Below are positions 19,844-31,760 of a stretch of DNA of 64,000 nucleotides, piece by piece. Below the pieces are notes generated by a model, which made no database searches, was not told the origin of the DNA, and saw nothing but the letters and a program-made list of their open reading frames with translations. The translations under genes were made by a program, and so were the position numbers. Numbering within the stretch: the first letter of the stretch is position 1; each line of letters begins with the position of its first letter. This DNA is from Dechloromonas sp. (lineage in GTDB: Bacteria > Pseudomonadota > Gammaproteobacteria > Burkholderiales > Rhodocyclaceae), in NCBI GenBank assembly GCA_016790815.1, contig JAEUOG010000004.1:987-64986 (forward strand), in the 5' to 3' direction.

Positions 19844-20403
19844 AGTTTTATGCCTCTTGCCGACAGGGCGGCTGCCAGCGCGTGGGTGGCGCGCGAGCAA
19901 TGGGTTTTTACGCTGCCTTCTGAGCAGCCCATCGCCGCTGCGGTTTCAGCGACGTCCATGTCTTCCCAGTAACGCATGAGGAACGCTTCCCGTTGACGTG
20001 CAGGTAATTTTTTTATTTCTTCGTCGATGAGATTGAGCGTCTGCGCCTGTTGCAACTTGCTCTCCGGCGTTCTTGGGCCGGTATCGTCCTCATCGGCGGC
20101 CAATGTCTCGAGTGGGTCGTAGTCTTCATCGTCGTCCGGGGAAAATGCTGACAACAGGGTTGTCCACATTGAGCGGACCTTGCTGCGACGGTAAAAGTCA
20201 CGAATGGTATTCTGCAGAATGCGCTGGAAGAGCATCGGATACTCTTCATCAGGCCGGTCTCCGTACTTTTCCGCCAGTTTGAGCATGGCGTCCTGAACGA
20301 TGTCCAGCGCAGCATCTTCGTCATGCACGGCGAACATCGCCTGTTTGAAGGCGCGGCGCTCGACTGATTCAAGAAAGCTGGATAGTTGTTGGGGCGATGA
20401 CAG
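19840..20403 (-). CDS. ECF RNA polymerase sigma factor (probable CTG start)
   Basis: ALDIVQDAM, LPARQREAF, GCSEGSVKTHCSRA; conserved-looking N-terminus LSSFLESVERRAFKQA lies upstream of the first ATG (20337). Confidence 0.9.
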   Translation of the reverse strand: MSSPQQLSSFLESVERRAFKQAMFAVHDEDAALDIVQDAMLKLAEKYGDRPDEEYPMLFQRILQNTIRDFYRRSKVRSMWTTLLSAFSPDDDEDYDPLETLAADEDDTGPRTPESKLQQAQTLNLIDEEIKKLPARQREAFLMRYWEDMDVAETAAAMGCSEGSVKTHCSRATHALAAALSARGIKL

Positions 20404-20520
20404 GGTCGTCTCTTCCGAAAGTTCTTGAGCATTATAGGGACTTGCCGGGAAACCTTGACCGAAAATGGTCGGTCGATTAAGGTTACGCCCTTTTACGCGA
20501 TAGCTTTTTTGGGCTCAAGA

Positions 20521-22221
20521 ATGATGATCAGCGGTGCAGAAATTGTAATCAGGTGCCTGCAAGAAGAAAAGGTCGATTGTGTTTTCGGATACCCCGGCGG
20601 TTCCGTTTTGCACATTTACGACGCCCTTTTCAAGCAGGATCAGGTCAAACACATTCTTGTTCGTCACGAACAAGCAGCTGTTCATGCTGCAGATGCCTAC
20701 TCTCGCTCGTCGCAGCGGGTTGGTGTGGCCCTTGTGACCTCCGGGCCTGGCGTGACAAATACCGTGACTGGTATCGCAACGGCCTATATGGATTCTATCC
20801 CCATGGTGGTGTTGACCGGCCAGGTGCCGTCGTTCTACATCGGCCAGGATGCTTTCCAGGAATGTGATACGGTTGGTATTACCCGCCCCTGCGTCAAACA
20901 TAATTTCCTGGTCAAGGATGTCAAGGATCTGGCGGTAACCATCAAGAAGGCATTCCACATTGCCTCGACTGGTCGTCCCGGCCCGGTGGTCGTCGATATC
21001 CCGAAGGATATTACCGCTCAGATGTGCGAGTTCGATTATCCGAAGACGATTCAGATGCGCTCCTACAACCCGGTGGTCAAAGGGCATCTGGGGCAGATCA
21101 AGAAGGCTGTTCAGATTCTTCAGGAAGCAAAGCGCCCGATAATCTACACCGGTGGCGGCGTAATTCTGTCCGATGCAGCTGAGCAACTTACGAAGCTGGC
21201 GCACAAGTTGAATTTTCCCGTGACCAATACCCTGATGGGACTGGGCGGCTATCCTGCAACTGACAAGCAGTTCATTGGCATGCTTGGCATGCATGGCACT
21301 TTCGAGGCCAACAACGCGATGCACTACGCCGATGTGATTCTGGCGATTGGTGCTCGTTTTGATGATCGTGTAATCGGAAACCCGGAACATTTCGCTGAAG
21401 AGAAGCGTCGCGTTATCCATATCGATATCGATCCGTCTTCAATTTCCAAGCGCGTCAAAGTCGATGTCCCTATTGTTGGCAATGTGCAGGATGTGCTTGA
21501 AGAAATCGTGAAGCTCATGGATAGCGGTTTCAAGACTGATCCGGATGTGGCCAACTGGTGGAAGCAGATTGACGCGTGGCGTGGACGTGAGTCGTTGCGC
21601 TACAAGCAGTCTGAACACATCATGCCGCAGTACGTCATGGAAAAGCTGTACGAAGTGACTGGTGGAAATGCCTTCGTCACGTCAGACGTTGGCCAGCATC
21701 AGATGTTTGCAGCCCAGTACTACAAATTCGACAAGCCGCGTCGCTGGATCAATTCCGGTGGTTTGGGCACCATGGGCGTCGGCCTGCCGTATGGCATGGG
21801 CGTGTTGATGGCCAACCCGGATGCACAGGTCGCTTGTGTGACGGGTGAAGGTTCGATCCAGATGTGTATTCAGGAGCTGTCGACCTGCAAGCAATATGGC
21901 TTCCCGATCAAGATCATCAACCTGAACAACGGCATGCTCGGCATGGTGCGACAGTGGCAGGAAATGTTCTATTCCAAGCGCTACTCACAGTCCTACGTTA
22001 CATCTTTGCCCGATTTCGTCAAGCTTGCCGAGGCTTATGGGCACGTCGGCATGAAGATCGAAAAGCCGGAGGATGTTGAGCCAGCGTTGCGCAAGGCCTT
22101 TACGGAGCACAAGGATGATCTCGTCTTCATGGACTTCATCATCGATCCGGTTGCCAACGTCTTTCCGATGGTTGCGGCCGGCAAGGGTCTGACTGAAATG
22201 ATCCTCGCTGAAGATCTGTAA
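20521..22221 (+). CDS. ilvI: Acetolactate synthase large subunit
   Basis: FGYPGG, RHEQ, TSGPG, DVGQHQM, SGGLGTMG, TPP-binding GEGS..MC. Confidence 0.96.
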   Translation: MMISGAEIVIRCLQEEKVDCVFGYPGGSVLHIYDALFKQDQVKHILVRHEQAAVHAADAYSRSSQRVGVALVTSGPGVTNTVTGIATAYMDSIPMVVLTGQVPSFYIGQDAFQECDTVGITRPCVKHNFLVKDVKDLAVTIKKAFHIASTGRPGPVVVDIPKDITAQMCEFDYPKTIQMRSYNPVVKGHLGQIKKAVQILQEAKRPIIYTGGGVILSDAAEQLTKLAHKLNFPVTNTLMGLGGYPATDKQFIGMLGMHGTFEANNAMHYADVILAIGARFDDRVIGNPEHFAEEKRRVIHIDIDPSSISKRVKVDVPIVGNVQDVLEEIVKLMDSGFKTDPDVANWWKQIDAWRGRESLRYKQSEHIMPQYVMEKLYEVTGGNAFVTSDVGQHQMFAAQYYKFDKPRRWINSGGLGTMGVGLPYGMGVLMANPDAQVACVTGEGSIQMCIQELSTCKQYGFPIKIINLNNGMLGMVRQWQEMFYSKRYSQSYVTSLPDFVKLAEAYGHVGMKIEKPEDVEPALRKAFTEHKDDLVFMDFIIDPVANVFPMVAAGKGLTEMILAEDL

Positions 22222-22239
22222 GCGGGGAGAGGAAAAACT

Positions 22240-22734
22240 ATGCAGCGTCACATCATTTCCATCCTGATCGAAAACGAATCAGGTGCGCTTTCCCGCGTGG
22301 CCGGCCTTTTCTCGGCACGTGGCTACAATATCGAATCGCTGACCGTGGCACCGACGGAAGATCCCTCGTTGTCCCGGATGACCATCCTGACCTCTGGCTC
22401 CGACGAGGTGCTTGAACAGATCACGAAACAGCTCAACAAGCTGGTAGACGTGGTCAAGGTGGTCGATCTTTCCGAGGCTGCTCATGTCGAGCGCGAACTG
22501 ATGCTGATCAAGGTTCGTGCTACTGGCAAGGACCGTGAGGAGATGAAGCGCATGGCCGATATTTTCCGTGGCCGTATCATCGACGTCACGGAATCGACCT
22601 TCGTTATCGAGTTGACCGGAGCAAGCGCCAAGCTGGACTCGTTCATTGCCGCGCTGGACGCCGGCCTGATTCTCGAAACCGTCCGTACCGGCGTCTGTGG
22701 CATCGGTCGTGGCGATCGAATTCTTAAAGTTTAA
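22240..22734 (+). CDS. ilvH: Acetolactate synthase small subunit
   Basis: ACT domain LSRVAGLFSARGYNIESL. Confidence 0.96.
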   Translation: MQRHIISILIENESGALSRVAGLFSARGYNIESLTVAPTEDPSLSRMTILTSGSDEVLEQITKQLNKLVDVVKVVDLSEAAHVERELMLIKVRATGKDREEMKRMADIFRGRIIDVTESTFVIELTGASAKLDSFIAALDAGLILETVRTGVCGIGRGDRILKV

Positions 22735-23775
<1,041 letters not shown>

Positions 23776-23793
23776 CTGGATCGTCGATTGCTC

Positions 23794-23860
23794 GACGGAG
23801 CTTTGTTGCTCGGGCTTGCCGTACTAACGTACTGTCTTCGCCCTCGCGCCTAGCTCCGTC
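23794..23860. repeat. REP-like long imperfect hairpin element
   Basis: Terminal IR GACGGAGCT/AGCTCCGTC enclosing GGGC..GTAC-TAAC-GTAC..GCCC. Confidence 0.5.
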
Positions 23861-23869
23861 ATCGCTTTG

Positions 23870-23905
23870 AGGGCGGTGCAGATATCTGCGCCGCCCTTGT
23901 TGTTT
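23870..23905 (+). terminator. Intrinsic terminator after ilvC
   Basis: AGGGCGGTGCAGA-TA-TCTGCGCCGCCCT followed by TGTTGTTT. Confidence 0.65.
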
Positions 23906-23963
23906 GCGGATTTTGATGCTTTCCAGGTGTATCCTTTTCGGATTGCCTGCTGATATGTGACCC

Positions 23964-24716
23964 ATGACCGAACTCAAACCCCGTAAATCGCTGTTCAATC
24001 CGGAAGTGAAGCGGCGTGGAATTTACGTGCTGCCCAACCTGTTCACCACAGCAGCACTGTTTGCCGGTTTTTTTGCCATCGTGCAGGCCATGCAGGGCGA
24101 CTTCGAGCGGGCAGCGATGGCCATTTTCATCGCCATGGTTCTCGATGGACTGGATGGCCGCGTTGCACGCCTGACCAATACCCAATCAGCCTTTGGCGCC
24201 GAATACGATTCTCTGTCCGATATGGTCAGCTTCGGCGCTGCGCCGGCCCTCGTCATGTACGAATGGGCCCTGCGCGACATGGGCCGTCTGGGCTGGATCG
24301 CGGCATTTATCTACTGTGCCTGTGCGGCCTTGCGCCTGGCACGGTTCAATACCACCTTGGAAGTCATGGACAAGCGCTACTTCCAGGGATTGCCATCGCC
24401 AGCGGCTGCGGCGCTGGTTGCCGGGCTGGTCTGGGTGTGCATCGAGTCCGGTGTGGCAGGTAGCGATGTCCGCTGGTTTGCTTGCGTGCTGACGATTTTT
24501 TCCGGCCTGACCATGGTGTCCAATATTCGTTTCTACAGTTTCAAGGACATCAACCTCAAGAAGAGCGTGCCCTTTTTCGTCATTGCCGCCATAGCCCTCG
24601 GTTTTGCCTTGGTGGCTTACAGTCCGGAAATTGCCCTGTTCGGTTTCTTCGTGATTTATGGTCTGTCGGGTTATGTTCAGGCGGCTATCGGCCTGCTCAA
24701 GCGTAAAACCCCGTAG
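23964..24716 (+). CDS. pssA: CDP-diacylglycerol--serine O-phosphatidyltransferase
   Basis: [16 protein letters not shown]...DSLSD CDP-alcohol motif, RLARFN. Confidence 0.95.
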   Translation: MTELKPRKSLFNPEVKRRGIYVLPNLFTTAALFAGFFAIVQAMQGDFERAAMAIFIAMVLDGLDGRVARLTNTQSAFGAEYDSLSDMVSFGAAPALVMYEWALRDMGRLGWIAAFIYCACAALRLARFNTTLEVMDKRYFQGLPSPAAAALVAGLVWVCIESGVAGSDVRWFACVLTIFSGLTMVSNIRFYSFKDINLKKSVPFFVIAAIALGFALVAYSPEIALFGFFVIYGLSGYVQAAIGLLKRKTP

Positions 24717-24727
24717 TTGGAGTATTT

Positions 24728-26269
24728 ATGAAACAGAATCTGGTTATTTTCGATACGACCCTGCGTGACGGTGAGCAGAGCCCGGGCGCCTCGATGACGC
24801 GGGAAGAGAAAATTCGCGTTGCCCGGCAACTCGAAAAAATGCGTGTCGATGTCATCGAGGCAGGTTTTGCCGCTGCATCGCCGGGGGATTTCGAGTCCAT
24901 CCAGGCCATCGCACACGCGATCAAGGATTCAACAATCTGTTCGCTGGCACGCGCCAACGAAAATGACATTGGGCGGGCTGGCGAAGCAATCAAGCCTGCT
25001 AAGTCGGGTCGCATTCATACATTTATTGCCACTTCGCCCATCCACATGGAAAAGAAGCTGCGCATGTCACCGGATCAGGTCGTTGAGCAGGCGGTCAAGT
25101 CGATTGGGTGGGCTCGGCAATATACCGACGACATCGAATTTTCGGCCGAGGATGCGGGACGCTCGGAAATCGATTTTCTCTGCAGGATATTCGAGGCGGT
25201 CATCAAGGCCGGCGCCAGGACGATCAACGTGCCGGACACGGTGGGCTATGCCATTCCGTTCCAGTATGCCGAAACCATGCGCCAGCTGATTTCGCGCGTG
25301 CCGAACTCGGACAAGGTGGTGTGGTCTGTTCATTGCCACAACGACCTCGGGCTGGCGGTTTCCAATTCGCTGGCGGCCGTGCTGGCCGGAGCACGGCAGG
25401 TCGAATGCACGATCAACGGCCTCGGTGAGCGCGCAGGCAACGCGGCGCTGGAGGAAATCGTTATGGCGGTGCGTACCCGTCCCGACATTTTTGCACTTGA
25501 AACGCGTATCGACACAACACAGATCGTCCCAGCCTCCAAGCTGGTTTCACAGATCACCGGTTATCCGGTGCAGCCGAACAAGGCAGTGGTTGGCGCCAAT
25601 GCCTTTGCGCACGAGTCCGGCATTCACCAGGATGGCGTGCTGAAGCATCGCGAAACCTACGAAATCATGCGTGCTCAGGATGTCGGCTGGGCACAGAACA
25701 AGCTGGTTCTTGGCAAACATTCCGGTCGCAACGCCTTCAAGAGTCGCCTGCAGGAGCTGGGCATCGAGCTGGAGAGTGATGAGGCTGTCAATGCTGCCTT
25801 TGCCCGCTTCAAGGAACTGGCTGACCGCAAACACGAAATTTTTGACGAAGACCTGCATGCGCTGGTTTCCGATGAGGTGGTCACCCCTGAGCAGGAGTAT
25901 TACAAACTGCTCTATTCGCATGTTTGTTCCGAGACAGGCGAGATGCCTCATGCCAAGGTTATCCTGAGTGCCGGCGGCGTCGAGCAGAAGGGGGAGGCGT
26001 GGGGCGGCGGCCCGGTCGATGCAACCTTCAAGGCCATTGAGAGTATCGTCAATAGCAGCGCTCAGTTGATGCTATATTCAGTCAACGCAATCACGACTGG
26101 CACCGACGCACAGGGCGAGGTAACGACACGTTTGACCAAGGCCGACCGGATAGTCAATGGCAATGGTGCCGATACCGACATTGTCATCGCTTCAGCGCGT
26201 TCGTATCTGAATGCCCTGAACAAGCTGCACTCGTCGCTTGATAAGGTAAAGGCGCAAGGCGACGTCTGA
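24728..26269 (+). CDS. leuA: 2-isopropylmalate synthase
   Basis: [33 protein letters not shown]. Confidence 0.98.
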   Translation: MKQNLVIFDTTLRDGEQSPGASMTREEKIRVARQLEKMRVDVIEAGFAAASPGDFESIQAIAHAIKDSTICSLARANENDIGRAGEAIKPAKSGRIHTFIATSPIHMEKKLRMSPDQVVEQAVKSIGWARQYTDDIEFSAEDAGRSEIDFLCRIFEAVIKAGARTINVPDTVGYAIPFQYAETMRQLISRVPNSDKVVWSVHCHNDLGLAVSNSLAAVLAGARQVECTINGLGERAGNAALEEIVMAVRTRPDIFALETRIDTTQIVPASKLVSQITGYPVQPNKAVVGANAFAHESGIHQDGVLKHRETYEIMRAQDVGWAQNKLVLGKHSGRNAFKSRLQELGIELESDEAVNAAFARFKELADRKHEIFDEDLHALVSDEVVTPEQEYYKLLYSHVCSETGEMPHAKVILSAGGVEQKGEAWGGGPVDATFKAIESIVNSSAQLMLYSVNAITTGTDAQGEVTTRLTKADRIVNGNGADTDIVIASARSYLNALNKLHSSLDKVKAQGDV

Positions 26270-26298
26270 TTTGCCGTTGTTCCCCGCACAAAGCCGCT

Positions 26299-26676
26299 TC
26301 AGCTCTGCTGAGCGGCTTTTTCTTCTTTGGGTCCGCGAGTGGCACGGACGAAGAGGATGGTGAATATGAAAAGAGCGGCTGCCAAGATAGTCTCGACCAC
26401 GGCCAGCTGCCAAATGAGCCCCTGGTCGCTTGTGGCGCGTAGGAGGCCTTCCAACAGGTAGAACTGAATGAAAAGCGAAAGCCATTTGTAGGTGTAGCGT
26501 TTGCCGCGCAGTACGCCGAACAGGGGAATAAGCAGGAAAGCCCCTTTTAGCACCATCCACGAGCCGCCTGGTCTGAGCGGCGCAAGCCAGCCTTCCCAAG
26601 CGAGGCAGAGGAAAATGAGCGCGACAAGGCAGGCGCTGGCGGCAATTTGGTAGCGGGTAGCGGATGTCACGGTCAA
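26299..26676 (-). CDS. DUF2069-type membrane protein
   Basis: WE.WLAPLRPGGSW, RYTYKW; coupled to wrbA. Confidence 0.8.
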   Translation of the reverse strand: MTVTSATRYQIAASACLVALIFLCLAWEGWLAPLRPGGSWMVLKGAFLLIPLFGVLRGKRYTYKWLSLFIQFYLLEGLLRATSDQGLIWQLAVVETILAAALFIFTILFVRATRGPKEEKAAQQS

Positions 26677-27263
26677 CTCAGTTTTTGGGCCAATTTTGCA
26701 ATACGTTGCCCCTGGACAAAGGCGAGGCGGCTTTCGGCCTCAGTCAGCATGGGATTGCCAGTCACGCCTGCGACATGGCTTGGGCCATAAGGGGTTCCGC
26801 CACCACTGGTCGAAGAAAGCTCGGGTTCAGTGTAGGGCAGGCCCATGATCAGCATGCCGTGGTGGAGCAGGGGCAGCATCATCGACAGCAAGGTGCTTTC
26901 GTTGCCGCCGTGGTGGCTGCCGCTGGAGGTAAAGACGCATGCGGGCTTGCCGGATAGAGTCCCGTTTTGCCAGCCAGCAATGGTTCCATCCCAAAAGTAT
27001 TTCATTGGTGCCGCCATGTTGCCAAAGCGGACCGGGCTGCCCAGGGCCAGGGCAACGCACTCCTCGAGGTCGCTGAATTCGACGTAAGGCGCTCCTGAGG
27101 CCGGAATGCCGGGTTCGGTCGCTTCGCAAACTGTGGAAACGCGCGGGACGGTGCGCAGGCGAGCCTGTATGCCGGAAACGGATTCAATACCGCAAGCGAT
27201 ACGTTCTGCCAGGGCGCGAACCGAGCCGCGGTGGCTGTAATAGAGAACAAGGATGTCTTTCAT
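26673..27263 (-). CDS. wrbA: NAD(P)H:quinone oxidoreductase WrbA family
   Basis: LYYS..G, GSPVRFGNM, HGGNEST, GGTPYG. Confidence 0.92.
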   Translation of the reverse strand: MKDILVLYYSHRGSVRALAERIACGIESVSGIQARLRTVPRVSTVCEATEPGIPASGAPYVEFSDLEECVALALGSPVRFGNMAAPMKYFWDGTIAGWQNGTLSGKPACVFTSSGSHHGGNESTLLSMMLPLLHHGMLIMGLPYTEPELSSTSGGGTPYGPSHVAGVTGNPMLTEAESRLAFVQGQRIAKLAQKLS

Positions 27264-27284
27264 GGTCGGCTATTATACGGCCCC

Positions 27285-28115
27285 ATGCGGAACCACTCCC
27301 GATCTCGTCGCGGCTTCAAGCAACCCTTGAGCATAGGTATCTTTCGGCGTTTTCTTGGCGAAAACATGATGCAGACCAGCTCAGCGCTGGCCTTCACTAC
27401 GCTGATGGCGCTGGTACCGCTGGTCGCGGTTGTCTTGTCAGTTGCCAGTATCGTTCCATATCTCGATTCGTTGGTGGATCGGCTCGAGTTGCTGATTCGC
27501 GAGGCTTTGTTGCCACCTGGCGCAGCCGGCACCATTGCTGGAAGTATCGGCAAGTTTTCTCACAAGGCTCAACGTTTGACGATGGCGGGTATCGCTGTGC
27601 TTGGTGTTACAGCCTTTTTACTCATGAATACCATCGAAAGGGCATTTAATCAGCTATGGCAGGTCCGTCCACGCCCCGTGCTCGCCCGCCTGCGCCTGTA
27701 TGCCTTCGTAATGGCTGTCTGGCCATTCGTTCTGGGGGCGGTGGCCGGGGCAATGTCATTTGCAGTAACGACCTCGCTGGGCTGGTTTGACGAGCCGGTC
27801 TGGATCCGTCGCGTTGCGTTGAAGGCGGTGGCAATGGTGCTACTCGGCCTGTTTCTTTCTTTTCTTTATTTCGCGGTACCGAATGCCCGGGTGTCGCGTA
27901 GGGCCGCGCTGACTGGCGGAATATTCGCTACGCTAGCCTTCTCGGTGATGCAAAAAGTGTTTGAGTTGTTTCTGGTCAGCTCAGCCATGCTCAAGAGTAT
28001 CTATGGTGCATTTGCCGTCTTTCCGGTGTTTCTGGTCTGGCTACACCTTTCCTGGGCGGTCATTCTTTTTGGCGGCCTGATCGCCGCCAGCGTCAATTGT
28101 CCGGCAAAACGTTGA
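27285..28115 (+). CDS. YihY/BrkB family inner-membrane protein (start uncertain)
   Basis: SALAFTTLMALVP, IERAFNQLW, IYGAFA. Confidence 0.88.
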   Translation: MRNHSRSRRGFKQPLSIGIFRRFLGENMMQTSSALAFTTLMALVPLVAVVLSVASIVPYLDSLVDRLELLIREALLPPGAAGTIAGSIGKFSHKAQRLTMAGIAVLGVTAFLLMNTIERAFNQLWQVRPRPVLARLRLYAFVMAVWPFVLGAVAGAMSFAVTTSLGWFDEPVWIRRVALKAVAMVLLGLFLSFLYFAVPNARVSRRAALTGGIFATLAFSVMQKVFELFLVSSAMLKSIYGAFAVFPVFLVWLHLSWAVILFGGLIAASVNCPAKR

Positions 28116-29601
28116 ATATTTCGATGGCGCTGGTTTGTTCCTCGAGGCTGGTGGCCTGAATTTCACGGATTTCAAGGTTGTCTGCCTCGATCAAGACGGT
28201 GATGCGCCGGGTGTTTTCTCTTAACAGTCCCGCCGGAACAACCAGTGATTGACCAGGGCGTAGCGGAGGTGTTGGTGGAAGGATAAGGGCGGAAACGTTA
28301 CTCGAATCCAGTGCGTGTCTGTGCGTTATATTTACGGCTGTTGCCTTGGGGGCCAGGATCTGCAAACCCAATTCGATATGTTCAGGGTTTTCCGAGACCG
28401 CCCAGCGGATAATGCAAACGTGCCATGTCGGAATGAGCTCGGAGTGGCTCCCTTGGGCCTGAAGCGCAACGATGTCGCCAACTCGCAAGTGCTGGGTTTG
28501 CCCCGACATGTGCATCAGCGCGTATCCATCAGGGCTTTCATTGGTGACCATCCACTCGCTCTGGTTGGTGGGCGCTTGCCGTGACTTCATCAGATGCCAT
28601 AGATCGCTGAGGCCAGAGCAGATGTTGGCACGGTAAGACTGGCGACGCCGCGAAAAGCGCCGCTTGCTTGGGTGTCCCCAAAGTCTGTTCAATCTAAGCA
28701 GCGTGCCTGGTCCGGTGCTGCCATCGGCGAATGGTGGCAGGCCGAGTGCCTTGGCTGGCGTGCCCTGAAGAAGCGCATCACGAAACTTCAAAGCAATTTC
28801 GGCTATGCCTTCGCAGGAAAAATACAGTATCCGGGCATCGGGCGTAGGAATGCGGCGAATGAGCGCGTGGGCCGGGAAATCCTTGTCAATGTCGATCCAG
28901 AAAACGCCGCCGCAGTCAGCGGGCGGACTTTCAAGAAGGTCAATGGCCGGCGCGCAATCGCTGATGAATTTGTTGATAAATTCGAGTTCCTTCGCCGAAA
29001 ACGACGCGGGTTGCGCAACGGCGGCCAGGAGGATGCTGATATATATGCTGCGAATACTAGCTGTGCCCTGTGGTCCGGGGAAGTCCTCCAGGCCAAGGCG
29101 CCGGGCAGTGAAGAATGCCGAATGCAGTAGCTGCCAAATGCCAGAGGAGGGTGGCGCGGCAATCAGATGAGTTATTCGTACTTGCCAGCCTATCGTATGC
29201 ATCGCACGGCGCAGCGAAGTATGCGGCAGTTGGGATGAGCTCGGGCCTTGTGGGTCGAACACGTCGGCCAGGGTGTTGAAGTAGTCCTGCGTCAGTGTTT
29301 CGAGCACATCGAGCAGAATGCGCACTCGCTGACGCTGCTTGCGAGAAATCGGCAGTGACACTTCATGCAGCCGCGGCAATTCGCCGTTGGCAATGCGTTC
29401 AGCCTGACCAAACAGCAGATCGAGTAGTTTCAGGCGCTGGGCGTTGGGAATGGGGGCTTCGCGCAGCAGCATCAGCTGGCGATGCAGTTGATCTGCATCT
29501 TCGGAACCCGTTCTTCCATGCGCCAATGCCAGCCATTCAAGAATGCTCTTGACGTTGGCTTCGGGAGGTATTGGCGAAGGATTGTCCGTTGGGGCGACCA
29601 T
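28093..29601 (-). CDS. Conserved hypothetical protein with a C-terminal PilZ-like module
   Basis: 502-aa ORF; RRFSR (RxxxR) followed by NESPDG (D/NxSxxG). Confidence 0.7.
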   Translation of the reverse strand: MVAPTDNPSPIPPEANVKSILEWLALAHGRTGSEDADQLHRQLMLLREAPIPNAQRLKLLDLLFGQAERIANGELPRLHEVSLPISRKQRQRVRILLDVLETLTQDYFNTLADVFDPQGPSSSQLPHTSLRRAMHTIGWQVRITHLIAAPPSSGIWQLLHSAFFTARRLGLEDFPGPQGTASIRSIYISILLAAVAQPASFSAKELEFINKFISDCAPAIDLLESPPADCGGVFWIDIDKDFPAHALIRRIPTPDARILYFSCEGIAEIALKFRDALLQGTPAKALGLPPFADGSTGPGTLLRLNRLWGHPSKRRFSRRRQSYRANICSGLSDLWHLMKSRQAPTNQSEWMVTNESPDGYALMHMSGQTQHLRVGDIVALQAQGSHSELIPTWHVCIIRWAVSENPEHIELGLQILAPKATAVNITHRHALDSSNVSALILPPTPPLRPGQSLVVPAGLLRENTRRITVLIEADNLEIREIQATSLEEQTSAIEIFNVLPDN

Positions 29602-29702
29602 GGATTCCGCAGAATAACAAATATTAACGTTCTCGCCATTGGTGGCAATAAATCTGTGAGCATGGATCTGAAATCGGGTGATATTTTCGCCTCCTAAGTG
29701 GC

Positions 29703-29730
29703 TTGTTTTTCCTTGAAAAAGCGCTATAAT
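29703..29730 (+). promoter_or_regulatory. sigma70 promoter of the rpsP operon
   Basis: TTGTTT-16nt-TATAAT. Confidence 0.6.
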
Positions 29731-29765
29731 CTTGGGTCTTTTTTCCAGCTAACGAAAGTATTCCC

Positions 29766-30020
29766 ATGGTTGTTATCCGTCTTGCCCGTGGTGGCGCCAA
29801 GAAGCGTCCGTTCTACAACATGGTTGTTACCGATTCCCGCAATCGTCGTGACGGCCGTTTCGTTGAGCGTATCGGCTTCTACAACCCGGTTGCCTCCGGC
29901 AATGCTGAAGCCCTGCGCGTTTCCGTCGATCGTCTGGCCTACTGGCAGAAGAACGGCGCCCAGCTGTCCCCGACCGTTGCCCGTTTGGTCAAGCAGCACG
30001 CCGCTCAGCAAGCAGCCTAA
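29766..30020 (+). CDS. rpsP: 30S ribosomal protein S16
   Basis: [24 protein letters not shown]. Confidence 0.99.
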   Translation: MVVIRLARGGAKKRPFYNMVVTDSRNRRDGRFVERIGFYNPVASGNAEALRVSVDRLAYWQKNGAQLSPTVARLVKQHAAQQAA

Positions 30021-30029
30021 GTATTCGTT

Positions 30030-30542
30030 TTGACCAGCAGCGAAATCGTCGTACTGGGTCGGCTGGCCGACCCCTACGGGATTCAGGGCTGGCTTTGGTT
30101 GCACCCCTTCGGGGATGATCCGCTGGCCTGGGCAGATATGCCGGTCTGGTGGATTGCCAGAGAAGGCGAGCCGTGGCGCGAGCGCAGGTTGAAAAGCCTG
30201 AGAGCCCACAGCAATGGAGTCGTGGTGCTGTTGGATGGCGTCGCGGACCGCACAACCGCCGAATCGATGAAGGGTGTTCTCGTCGGGGCGCCACGCGAAG
30301 CGTTGCCTGCACCTGACAAGGACGAGTTTTACTGGGCCGATCTGATCGGTCTGGATGTCGTCAATACCGCTGATGAACGGATCGGCAAGGTGGTCGGTCT
30401 GATTGAAACGGGAGCCAACGCCGTATTGCGCGTACGCGGTGACGACAAGGCTGAGCGCCTGCTGCCGTTTGTGTCGGCAGTGGTGCTGGCAGTAGAGAAG
30501 GAAGCCGGGCAGATTCGAGTGGAGTGGGGCAGCGACTGGTGA
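30030..30542 (+). CDS. rimM: Ribosome maturation factor RimM
   Basis: [26 protein letters not shown]; operon position. Confidence 0.96.
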   Translation: MTSSEIVVLGRLADPYGIQGWLWLHPFGDDPLAWADMPVWWIAREGEPWRERRLKSLRAHSNGVVVLLDGVADRTTAESMKGVLVGAPREALPAPDKDEFYWADLIGLDVVNTADERIGKVVGLIETGANAVLRVRGDDKAERLLPFVSAVVLAVEKEAGQIRVEWGSDW

Positions 30543-31303
30543 TCCGGTTTGACTGCATTACCCTCTTTCCGGAGATGTTCGCTGCGGTAACGGAAAGTGG
30601 CATTACCCGTCGGGGGCTGGAAGAGCAGCGCTGGGTGTGGCAAGGCTGGAATCCGCGTGATTTCGCTGAAAATGCCTGGCGACGCGTCGATGATCGTCCT
30701 TTCGGGGGCGGGCCGGGCATGCTGATGCAGCCCGGGCCGCTGGAGAAGGCGATCAGCGCGGCGAAGTTGCAGCAGCATGAGGCAGGGCTGGCGAAGAGCC
30801 GGGTCATCTACCTCTCGCCGCAGGGTGCGCCGCTCACTCATGAGCGGGTGATGCAACTGGCGACGGGCGATGAAGGGCTGATCCTTCTTTGTGGTCGTTA
30901 TGAAGGGATTGACGAGCGGCTGATCGAGCGCTGTGTCGATGAAGAAATTTCGATCGGGGATTTTGTGCTTTCCGGTGGCGAGTTGCCGGCGATGGCCTTG
31001 ATTGACGCCGTTGTCCGCCAGTTGCCGGGAGTGCTCGGAGATGCCGCTTCGGCGGTGGAAGATTCGTTTGTCGGTGGTCTGCTGGATTGTCCGCACTACA
31101 CCCGCCCGGAGGTTTATGAGGGCGAGGCGGTGCCGGAGGTTCTGCTTTCAGGAGACCACAAAAAAATTCGTCGCTGGCGGCTCAAACAGTCGCTGGCCCG
31201 AACCCGGAAGCGCCGGCCGGATTTACTGGCGCACCGCAGCTTGTCTGCGGAAGAAGCGCAACTCCTCACGGAAATCGTCGGAGAGGAGCAATGCGGTGAG
31301 TAA
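30539..31303 (+). CDS. trmD: tRNA (guanine-N1)-methyltransferase
   Basis: [33 protein letters not shown]; GTGA overlap with rimM. Confidence 0.98.
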   Translation: MIRFDCITLFPEMFAAVTESGITRRGLEEQRWVWQGWNPRDFAENAWRRVDDRPFGGGPGMLMQPGPLEKAISAAKLQQHEAGLAKSRVIYLSPQGAPLTHERVMQLATGDEGLILLCGRYEGIDERLIERCVDEEISIGDFVLSGGELPAMALIDAVVRQLPGVLGDAASAVEDSFVGGLLDCPHYTRPEVYEGEAVPEVLLSGDHKKIRRWRLKQSLARTRKRRPDLLAHRSLSAEEAQLLTEIVGEEQCGE

Positions 31304-31329
31304 GTGTTTATAAATTTCAAGGATCTCAC

Positions 31330-31710
31330 ATGAACCTGATTCAACAGCTGGAACAAGAAGAAATTGCCCGTCTGGGCAAGACCATTCCTGACTTCGCACC
31401 GGGCGACACCATCGTCGTTCAGGTCAAGGTCAAGGAAGGCAATCGCGAGCGTCTGCAGGCTTACGAAGGCGTTGTTATCGCCAAGCGTAACCGCGGCCTG
31501 AACTCTGCTTTTACCGTGCGCAAGATTTCGTCCGGTGAAGGCGTCGAGCGTACTTTCCAGACCTATTCCCCGCTGGTCGCTTCCATCGAAGTGAAGCGTC
31601 GTGGTGATGTGCGTCGCGCCAAGCTGTACTACCTGCGCGAGCGTTCGGGCAAGTCGGCTCGTATTAAGGAAAAGCTGGTCCGCAAGGAAAAGCCGGTCGC
31701 CGCTGCTTAA
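31330..31710 (+). CDS. rplS: 50S ribosomal protein L19
   Basis: [26 protein letters not shown]. Confidence 0.99.
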   Translation: MNLIQQLEQEEIARLGKTIPDFAPGDTIVVQVKVKEGNRERLQAYEGVVIAKRNRGLNSAFTVRKISSGEGVERTFQTYSPLVASIEVKRRGDVRRAKLYYLRERSGKSARIKEKLVRKEKPVAAA

Positions 31711-31727
31711 GCGATTTTTCCGAATTG

Positions 31728-31754
31728 AAAAAGGGCGCCTCGGCGCCCTTTTTT
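31728..31754. terminator. Bidirectional terminator (rplS / folE2)
   Basis: AAAAAGGGCGCC-TC-GGCGCCCTTTTTT. Confidence 0.9.
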
Positions 31755-31760
31755 ATTGCT

